Shown here: positions 57,165-64,000 of the stretch, in pieces
Layout: every line of letters starts with the position of its first letter
Position numbering within the stretch: the first letter of the stretch is position 1
Assembly: GCA_015523605.1 (NCBI GenBank)
Contig: WAKC01000025.1
Span: forward strand, 10,157 to 74,156
Length of the DNA stretch: 64,000 nucleotides
Origin: Candidatus Geothermarchaeota archaeon
Lineage (GTDB): Archaea > Thermoproteota > Nitrososphaeria > Geothermarchaeales > JDFR-13
Direction: 5' to 3'
Made by a program: the position numbers and the translations under genes
Notes under the pieces: model-generated
What the model was told of the DNA's origin: nothing
The model's input: only the letters and a program-made list of their open reading frames with translations
The model's database searches: none

Positions 57165-57352
57165 TACTCAATCACCTCCACATTCTAATTAGATATTAAG
57201 AACTGGTTTCTATATATATTTATCATACTTCAATAGATACATATAACGAACATGTTTCCATTATGTAGCCATCTAAATATAACTTTTTCACATAAATACA
57301 TTCACCAATCACTACCTCCTTAAAAGCATCAATATCCCCCTTTTAATGAGAA

Positions 57353-58066
57353 ATGATTTGGACGGAGATAGGTGATTTTTCTTCTTCAGGATTAAACGAG
57401 ATATGCTTGAGAGACGATCTAATTTTAAAGACTATCAAACTTATTTACAAATACTGTGAGGAAACCGTTAGAGTCCATCTTACAACAGAGAGCAATTTCC
57501 TGACTGTGGAGGGGCTCTCTAGAGACAGGGTTTCTCTAGCCAGGTTTATTTATAGATTGCCCTTCCAATTAACTAGAAACATATGCTATTCGATAGACTT
57601 GGATGAAGACCTTGTAGATAGTCATCTCCGTGTATATAAGGATCGAATAGAGTCCGATTTACCCATAGAAAGATGTAATTCAGATTATAGAATTAACTTA
57701 GCCGATATAGATAAAGAACTAAAAATTACTTTGAGAATCGTTCCAAATGAATTTGTAAAGATGCTAAGATTATTACGTAATAAGACTTATATACTCCAAT
57801 TGAAGGTAGAAGGTTACCGTGTCTATCTCAATTACTCCGATGAAGGTAGAAATTGGATAGAAATTTCTAGATATGTACGACCACTAAGGAACATTAACAC
57901 CCAATCAAAGTATCCCATGAAATGGGTTGCTAGAGCCTTCTTCACATTCCCATTCAACACCTATGTTGACGTGCGTATGGCGGAATCGAGGCCTATGAAG
58001 ATCATCTTTATTGATAGTCCTAAAAAGAAGTTGTATGTATATATAGCTCCTTTAGTGGATGAATAA
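57353..58066 (+). CDS. divergent PCNA-like sliding-clamp protein
   Basis: 237 aa, which is PCNA-sized. The N-terminus LILKTIKLIYKYCEETVRVHLTTESNFLTVEGLSRDRVSLARFIY fits the clamp N-domain pattern. The C-terminus YPMKWVARAFFTFPFNTYVDVRMAESRPMKIIFI....KLYVYIAPLVDE fits Y..yL...k......V.l......P.k......g.l.f.iAPr. Confidence 0.55.
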   Translation: MIWTEIGDFSSSGLNEICLRDDLILKTIKLIYKYCEETVRVHLTTESNFLTVEGLSRDRVSLARFIYRLPFQLTRNICYSIDLDEDLVDSHLRVYKDRIESDLPIERCNSDYRINLADIDKELKITLRIVPNEFVKMLRLLRNKTYILQLKVEGYRVYLNYSDEGRNWIEISRYVRPLRNINTQSKYPMKWVARAFFTFPFNTYVDVRMAESRPMKIIFIDSPKKKLYVYIAPLVDE

Positions 58067-58083
58067 AAAGATCATGTTTACTG

Positions 58084-58752
58084 TTACTCTGGATGGTCAT
58101 GAGTTAACATATATAGAAAACCTGTTATCCCCTTTACCTCAACTAGCTCTCTGAGTCTGATGATAAACGTATCATAGCTTTCATGCCCCACATATAGAAT
58201 AGCATATCCAGTTGCCTCCTGCTCATGCTTTCTAACGTTTCTAATCAAAATCACTGGGATTAGTAGGATATAGATTATAGATGGGATGAAACCTAGAAAT
58301 ATTGGTATTACGACAGATAGTGATATGAGGACGATTCCTAGCAAAACATGTTTCGCCATATGATTATACATTATATGTCCCATCTCATGCGCAAGCAACG
58401 CTTTTTTGCAATTCTCATCCATTTTAGCCAAAGCATCCCTATTTAGCACAATAAACTTCAGCTTCGGTAGAAAACCTACAGACATTCCCGCGTAATTGGC
58501 CGGGATACTCCTTAGAAAGACCGGTGTTCTTCTCCCATACCATGAAGTCCTATTGGTATATTCTTCAGTATATTCATCCCTCAACAGGACCAACATGGGC
58601 TCGACTACTCCCAGGAGTAGTACCATTAAGATTATACTTAATCCTATTATCAAAATAGTTAGTGGGGGTTTAGAAAGAATTAAGTTGAATGCAATATAGA
58701 TGAACACACCTGTATAGAGTCCTGCATATATCATCAGTTTTCTTGGGTTCAT
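58084..58752 (-). CDS. membrane zinc metalloprotease, M48/HtpX-like
   Basis: Has N-terminal and central TMs and the motif LLAHEMGHIMYNH. Its ATG overlaps the stop of the upstream permease gene (ATGA). Confidence 0.65.
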   Translation of the reverse strand: MNPRKLMIYAGLYTGVFIYIAFNLILSKPPLTILIIGLSIILMVLLLGVVEPMLVLLRDEYTEEYTNRTSWYGRRTPVFLRSIPANYAGMSVGFLPKLKFIVLNRDALAKMDENCKKALLAHEMGHIMYNHMAKHVLLGIVLISLSVVIPIFLGFIPSIIYILLIPVILIRNVRKHEQEATGYAILYVGHESYDTFIIRLRELVEVKGITGFLYMLTHDHPE

Positions 58753-60266
58753 CTCCTTCTTAGCCTTGGATTCACTATTTCATCTAGTGTGAATCCAATA
58801 AATATAAATGCCATACACAGTAAAATAATTCCTGCAATTGGAGGCATAACCCACCACCATGCACCCTTTAATATAGCAGCTCCAGCTTGAGCCTCCTGTA
58901 TCATCATACCCCACGAAGTCGTTGTCGGGTCTCCAAGGCCAAGAAGACTTATTCCAGCCTCAGTTAAAATCGCACCTGGAATTATAACTGTTATGTAGTA
59001 TACAAGTAATGGAGCCATCTGGGGCAGTATATACCTGAACATTATATATGCGTCAGAAGCTCCAATTACTTTAATTGACTCTACAAAGGGTCTCTCCCTT
59101 AGAGATAATGTCCACGCCCGTATTTGCCTTGCCAAACCAGTCCAGCTAAATATAGCAATCAAAGCGATAATTGCAAATAAGCTTGGCCTTCTCAACATCA
59201 TAGTAACAAGAAGAATTATGGGCAACACTGGTAGGATGTAAATTATGTCAAATATCGAGATGAGTAATCTATCAGTGACCCCTCCTTTGTACCCAGCAAT
59301 CATGCCTAGTGGAATAGCTATAAATAAGACTATTATAGCTACCAAGATACCTACAGCTAGTGATACCCTCGAACCCCATACAAATTGTGACCATACATCA
59401 CGGCCTAGATAGTCTGTTCCAAGCAGTCCGTATACCATTCCTTTTGCTTCGAGATTTATCGGTTGTAGGTACACCTCCATCTTACGCTCTCTTCCAGGCT
59501 CTCCTCCATAATCATTAATAGTTAAAGCCAATGTTACTCTATACCTACCTGGACCTCTAAATACTCGCTCAGCTAAATTGTCAAATGTAGTCAAATTGTT
59601 TAATTGCAATACCTCAACATTTGTTGAATATATCGTCAAGGGATTCTCCATATATGAGATATTACCGAAAAATGTCGAGTCATATAGGATGAATTGTTTC
59701 TTTCCTACCTTGGATATATACATAGTAAGTTTAGCTTCCAATCCATCATTTGCAATATAGTCATATTCGTAGAAGTTCTGTATCTGCAACCTAATCCTGT
59801 AGATAAAGGTCTTAAGAGTTTCATATGGATATTCAAATGTATATTCAGCCATGAATGTAAAGTTTCCTTCAGCGTCTGTTGGATTTAAATATCTGATTAT
59901 AAAAGCATTTTCATCCATATCCTTGGATACCTCAGCATATTCCTTTAAACTTCCTAAACTCTCTACTTTCCATTCACCAATATCCATACCATAAAATGTT
60001 GTCTTAGGGAGATTTGCGTATTGTCTCGAAATCAAGCTATACCATTCTGGAGGGGCAAATGGTTCGGCGAGATATGTATCGGAAACTGGGTCATGCGGAG
60101 CTATTACAGGAGCTGAGAGAGCCAAACCCACGAATAGTATCATGACGATTAGACCAAAGACTCCGATCTTCCGTTTCATATAACGACGTATAAAGTCCTT
60201 TGTTGACTGGATAATGAGTTGTCTTCTCCTCCTTGCGACCTCAGATCGAGAGAAGATGAAGCTCAT
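58749..60266 (-). CDS. peptide/nickel-type ABC transporter permease (DppC/OppC-like) with a roughly 240-aa extracytoplasmic insertion
   Basis: The C-terminal 210 aa form a typical DppC core (YLGRDVWSQFVWGSRVSL ... EAA-loop region VIGASDAYIMFRYILPQ). TM1 at aa 34-56 is followed by a long soluble segment before TM2. Confidence 0.85.
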   Translation of the reverse strand: MSFIFSRSEVARRRRQLIIQSTKDFIRRYMKRKIGVFGLIVMILFVGLALSAPVIAPHDPVSDTYLAEPFAPPEWYSLISRQYANLPKTTFYGMDIGEWKVESLGSLKEYAEVSKDMDENAFIIRYLNPTDAEGNFTFMAEYTFEYPYETLKTFIYRIRLQIQNFYEYDYIANDGLEAKLTMYISKVGKKQFILYDSTFFGNISYMENPLTIYSTNVEVLQLNNLTTFDNLAERVFRGPGRYRVTLALTINDYGGEPGRERKMEVYLQPINLEAKGMVYGLLGTDYLGRDVWSQFVWGSRVSLAVGILVAIIVLFIAIPLGMIAGYKGGVTDRLLISIFDIIYILPVLPIILLVTMMLRRPSLFAIIALIAIFSWTGLARQIRAWTLSLRERPFVESIKVIGASDAYIMFRYILPQMAPLLVYYITVIIPGAILTEAGISLLGLGDPTTTSWGMMIQEAQAGAAILKGAWWWVMPPIAGIILLCMAFIFIGFTLDEIVNPRLRRR

Positions 60267-61345
60267 CTAAGCCTCACCCTTGGATCAAGAATTATAAGTA
60301 TCAAATCCGCTACATAGAGGCTGATGGAGATTAGAACCGCATAGATGAATATTATCGCCTGGATTGCTGGATAATCGTTCTGAAGTATGGCATCCCATAG
60401 ATATAGACCCATTCCATAATAGCTGAACACAGTTTCAACTAGGATACCTCCTGTAAATACACCTGGGATGGCGAAGGCGAGACTAGTTAGGACTGGTGGA
60501 ACTACATTTATAAATACATGTTTTCTCATAATCTCTTGCTCGTTAAGACCTTTAGCCTTAGCCGTTAAAATATAGTCCTGACCCAACTCAGAAACCGTTA
60601 ACTGTCTTATGTAGTATGCCCAGCTACCAAACCCTGCCACTACAATAGAGATTATTGGCAGAGAAAGTACCCAAAGATACTCAAGTGTAATTATTGGTAT
60701 CCCAAACTGGATAAATCCTAAATTGATTTCAAATACTGGTAGCCTAGGTGGTGTATATGGCGGTAGGGGGAATATAGTCGTATCCCATAGATACTTGGGA
60801 AGATATGCCAGTGCGATTATAAGTAGAATACCTAGTAGCCAACCCGGCATTATATATGACCATATACTCACACTCATAATGAGTGTCTCAATGTTCTTAC
60901 CTCTCTTGCTTGCAGAGTACCAACCTAGGAATAGACCGATGAGTGTTATGAGGATTAGGGCTGGAATATTAAGTGCTAAAGTATTTGGAAGTCGTTCCAT
61001 TATTTCTTCTATTATATATTTCCTTGTCAAGAAGCTATATCCAAAGTTTAGTGTGAATAGGCTTATCATGTATCTTATGAATTGGTCTGGAAATAATGGG
61101 TCGTCGAGACCATAGCTCTCTTTGAAAGAATTTATTATGTCCTGCAATGCGTCAATCTCTCCTGGGTTTAACTGTGCCTGTAGGTATATTAGGAATGGAT
61201 CTTCACCGAAGATCATTATTGGAAAGACCCTCATTATTAGGAAGAGAAGTATTGTGGTAACGACTACAATGACAATTCGGTCTATAGCTCTCTTTATGAG
61301 GGCGTATTTCAGACTAGTCAAATTAAGACACCCTCTGAGAGACAA
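60263..61345 (-). CDS. peptide/nickel-type ABC transporter permease (DppB/OppB-like)
   Basis: DppB-type N-terminus (LKYALIKRAIDRIVIVV) and an EAA region (DYILTAKAKGLNEQEIMRKHVFINV). It overlaps the dppC-like gene by 4 nt. The true start may lie downstream of 61345. Confidence 0.85.
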   Translation of the reverse strand: MSLRGCLNLTSLKYALIKRAIDRIVIVVVTTILLFLIMRVFPIMIFGEDPFLIYLQAQLNPGEIDALQDIINSFKESYGLDDPLFPDQFIRYMISLFTLNFGYSFLTRKYIIEEIMERLPNTLALNIPALILITLIGLFLGWYSASKRGKNIETLIMSVSIWSYIMPGWLLGILLIIALAYLPKYLWDTTIFPLPPYTPPRLPVFEINLGFIQFGIPIITLEYLWVLSLPIISIVVAGFGSWAYYIRQLTVSELGQDYILTAKAKGLNEQEIMRKHVFINVVPPVLTSLAFAIPGVFTGGILVETVFSYYGMGLYLWDAILQNDYPAIQAIIFIYAVLISISLYVADLILIILDPRVRLR

Positions 61346-61463
61346 TTATAAAATAATTACTCCTAGAAAATCTTTAAAATTTTATAATTGGATACTTCAT
61401 AGGTGTAGTATAAGATATTTATATAATCGATGACAAAAAAAGAGGAGGAGGGGTTAAAAAAAG

Positions 61464-63833
61464 TTAGGATGCAAGTCTTCTAGCGACGAGGAAGCTGAGT
61501 ACGACAACTAGTACAACAGTTATTATAGGCATCGTCACTATCTGTGATACGCCGACAACACCCTCTGTTGGGAGTTCAACAGGTTCTGGTAGAGATGGCT
61601 TCTCAGGTAGTGTTATACCTTCACCTACTGCTGGCCCTTCTGTAGGTGGCTGTGTAATCTCTGGAGGTGGAGGTACTCCCTTCGGATATACCTGTATTTC
61701 GAATGGGAATGAAGCTCTTAAGGTACCATACTTTAATGGAATTTCTACTCTAATGTTTAGTGTGTAGTCTCCAGGAGCTAGGTTTGGTATTGAACCTGTG
61801 AATACTCCACCGCCTTGATGATCAAGTCTTACTGATGAAGATACCGGGCCGGATAACTCTGCAATAACTGTTGCGTTAGTAGCTGGTTCTCTATGATGAT
61901 CAAGGACTGTAAACTGGAGGTCTAGACTACTACCCTCCTCTAGAAGTGAGGGTACTTCACCATCAAGGACTGGCAACTTCTCCTCTGGTAGTGAATAGAA
62001 CTCTGGATACCACTTATAGATTATCTCTCTTCCGGGGATGTAATCGTCAAGCACAAAGATTCCGTTACCAACTAGTGCCGTAAGCTCTGGATTCGCTGGG
62101 TGAGGTGTCTGACCTAAATCACCGAATGGATTGGAAAGCTTAGATATGATGTGTGCCGGTAGTGGTCTGAGGAATAGTAGAGATATGAGGTTATACCAGC
62201 TCTTACCCTTTAGATATAAGGATACTGTGTACAAATCTTCAACTTCTATCTTATATAACTGTCTTACATAAGCTGTGTAGTATCTAAGTGTCCTCCACTC
62301 TTTACCGGCAACTTCGATAGTGAATTTAATATCATATGCGGTGAACTCTGTACCGTCATGCCACTTTACTCCTCTTCTCAGGAATAATGTTATCTTGGTA
62401 CCCGGCTCACCCTCAATATCTACATCCTCAACCTTCCATCCAGTAATTAGAAGCTTCACCGAGTTATTCAGATCATAGATGTTATTCGGATTTGGCGTTA
62501 TCAACCACTGATAAATCTTGTTTAAAGCTGCGCTTTCATCAGCCCAGTTATATGTCATTGGATTCAATACTCTAATATTGAATATCGCCTGCTTTATCTC
62601 ACCACCAACTATAGGTGTGCCAGTGCCTGGATCCTCAAGAGCCATCTCAGCATAAGAGACCCAGCTTATTCCTACAGGGACTGTGTTTGGTGGAGCATAG
62701 TCTAGGACTATGTTCTTAACCTTACCTGATACGGCCGTGTAGGATATTCTACTATATGTAGGTACCCATGGAATAATCTCTTGAGTCAATATCTCCTGAG
62801 CCCTCCAGAGGGCTCTCTTAGCTTCCTCCATGTCACTTGTGAACATAAACTGATCAAGTACTTGATCAAGCTCTGGATGTCTTACACCCCATCTATTCCA
62901 ACCCTCTGGTTTCCCATCTACCCATCTGTCTTCACTGCTGTGCCAGAAGTAATAGACATAGGTTGGATACATACCTAGCAGCCATCCCATGATATACGCC
63001 TGGAAATTCCTTGAATATACAGCTACTGAATATGCTGCTGGCGTCACGAACTTAGGTGTTATCTTTATACCTACCTGCTTCGCATTTTCAATTAACATAT
63101 TGAGTATCTCTACATATACTGGGGACCTCTCCTCTGGGAAGGTCATTATCTCTATCTCTAGAACCCTTGTTTCACCAGCTCCTGGATACCCTTCTGGAAC
63201 TGTATATACACGGTATTCACTGCCGTCTGGCCAAACATATCCAGCCTCATCTAGAATCTGATTTGCCTTTTCAATACTAAATGGATATAATATTTCATAG
63301 TCTACCTTAGACTTATCTGGATGTACCCAGTCACCATACATGGAGGGGACTATTGTAGTTGTCTTTATAGCGTGTCCCTTAAGATTTGGCCCGTTAATTA
63401 TCCTATCCCTATCAAATAGGTGGGCCAATGCCTTTCTTATGTTTATATCACTTAGAACGTTGTAAGGAGCATTTGGATCTTCGGGATTTCCGATCCTATC
63501 CCTAACATTCATCTGGAGAACTCCTAGGGTGGTATAATCTATAGTTCTATATACTTCTCCACCCCATTCAGCAATAGGTTTACTCTGCATTATTCTGTCT
63601 AGATCCTTCGGTAGAACACCTACTATATCTATTTCTCCAGCCTCAAAGGCCAAAATCCTTAGGCTATAATCACCTATGAACGTATATCTCATACCATCCA
63701 ATCTAGGACCTTTATAGACATACTGCTCAGTCTGCGCAACGGCTTCTGGAGGAGCTACCTGGACGAATACTGGCATTAATAATAGAGCTATCAGTACGGT
63801 AAATAGAAACCTCGTAACGATAGAGTTAGGCAT
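61464..63833 (-). CDS. family-5 (DppA/OppA-like) extracellular solute-binding protein with a C-terminal Pro/Thr linker and TM anchor
   Basis: The elements are a signal/anchor (FLFTVLIALLLMPVFV), an SBP-5 core, an Ig-like segment, then PPPPEITQPPTEGP...PEPVELPTEG and a terminal TM (IITVVLVVVLSFLVA). ATG 63833 with an upstream GAGGTG is preferred over the tracked GTG 63845. Confidence 0.85.
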   Translation of the reverse strand: MPNSIVTRFLFTVLIALLLMPVFVQVAPPEAVAQTEQYVYKGPRLDGMRYTFIGDYSLRILAFEAGEIDIVGVLPKDLDRIMQSKPIAEWGGEVYRTIDYTTLGVLQMNVRDRIGNPEDPNAPYNVLSDINIRKALAHLFDRDRIINGPNLKGHAIKTTTIVPSMYGDWVHPDKSKVDYEILYPFSIEKANQILDEAGYVWPDGSEYRVYTVPEGYPGAGETRVLEIEIMTFPEERSPVYVEILNMLIENAKQVGIKITPKFVTPAAYSVAVYSRNFQAYIMGWLLGMYPTYVYYFWHSSEDRWVDGKPEGWNRWGVRHPELDQVLDQFMFTSDMEEAKRALWRAQEILTQEIIPWVPTYSRISYTAVSGKVKNIVLDYAPPNTVPVGISWVSYAEMALEDPGTGTPIVGGEIKQAIFNIRVLNPMTYNWADESAALNKIYQWLITPNPNNIYDLNNSVKLLITGWKVEDVDIEGEPGTKITLFLRRGVKWHDGTEFTAYDIKFTIEVAGKEWRTLRYYTAYVRQLYKIEVEDLYTVSLYLKGKSWYNLISLLFLRPLPAHIISKLSNPFGDLGQTPHPANPELTALVGNGIFVLDDYIPGREIIYKWYPEFYSLPEEKLPVLDGEVPSLLEEGSSLDLQFTVLDHHREPATNATVIAELSGPVSSSVRLDHQGGGVFTGSIPNLAPGDYTLNIRVEIPLKYGTLRASFPFEIQVYPKGVPPPPEITQPPTEGPAVGEGITLPEKPSLPEPVELPTEGVVGVSQIVTMPIITVVLVVVLSFLVARRLAS

Positions 63834-64000
63834 GCCTCCGCACACCTCAAATGAAATGGTATCAAATATAATTTTTTGGTATCGTCAATTATAAATCTTA
63901 CATCAGCGATATGATTAAATAATATCTTGGTAGAAAGGTTATTCTAAATATATCGTCTTTTGGTTAAATATAATTAAAATATAGTATAACTAAATACATT

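Noticed and set aside
1-64000. A window-wide look for CRISPR arrays, transposases, integrases, rRNA genes and prophage-like blocks.
   Set aside because: None was found. There are no repeat-spacer periodicity, no DDE, tyrosine or serine recombinase motifs, and no rRNA-like segments.

Overview
This window looks like archaeal chromosome of the crenarchaeal (Thermoprotei) type. It is AT-rich, roughly 90% coding, and has many 1-14 nt gene overlaps. I will not name the organism. Most of the content is housekeeping. It includes topoisomerase VI (B C-terminal fragment plus A) and three tRNAs with encoded CCA, two of which carry introns at the canonical 37/38 position. It also includes a tRNA-splicing endonuclease subunit, RNase P Rpp21, Nep1, CysRS, deoxyhypusine synthase and TldD/PmbA. 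Further core genes are a TIP49/RuvB-like AAA+ protein, TrmI, and a nine-gene A-type ATP synthase set split into F-H-E-A-B-D-C and I-K blocks. The rest of the core set is agmatinase, a family-B DNA polymerase, an editing-domain-less ThrRS, GatD/GatE, Elp3, an OPSS-type cysteine synthase, a PCNA-like clamp and two ABC systems. The six-frame track misses two short genes that I could read directly: a 59-aa winged-helix protein (6113..6292) and ribosomal protein eS30 (56997..57164). I saw no CRISPR array, transposase, integrase or rRNA. My best candidate for an undescribed system is at 45.4-49.3 kb. It consists of an overlapping NurA-like nuclease and HerA-like ATPase pair with no Mre11/Rad50. This pair is transcribed divergently, across a palindromic TATA element, from one member of a triplicated family of small two-module proteins (a short N-terminal beta-beta-alpha module plus a C-terminal winged helix). 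The other two family members sit in the same reading frame, separated by a single TAG followed directly by TTG, and are fused by overlaps onto the 3' end of the gatD-gatE operon. Secondary candidates are a P-loop/NDT-like fusion protein in an operon with DedA, a ParB/Srx-like protein coupled to OPSS (a possible serine kinase), an uncharacterised overlapping gene pair at 25.3-27.1 kb, and a divergent PCNA-like gene. All functional calls come from motifs read by eye in the supplied translations. No database search was run.
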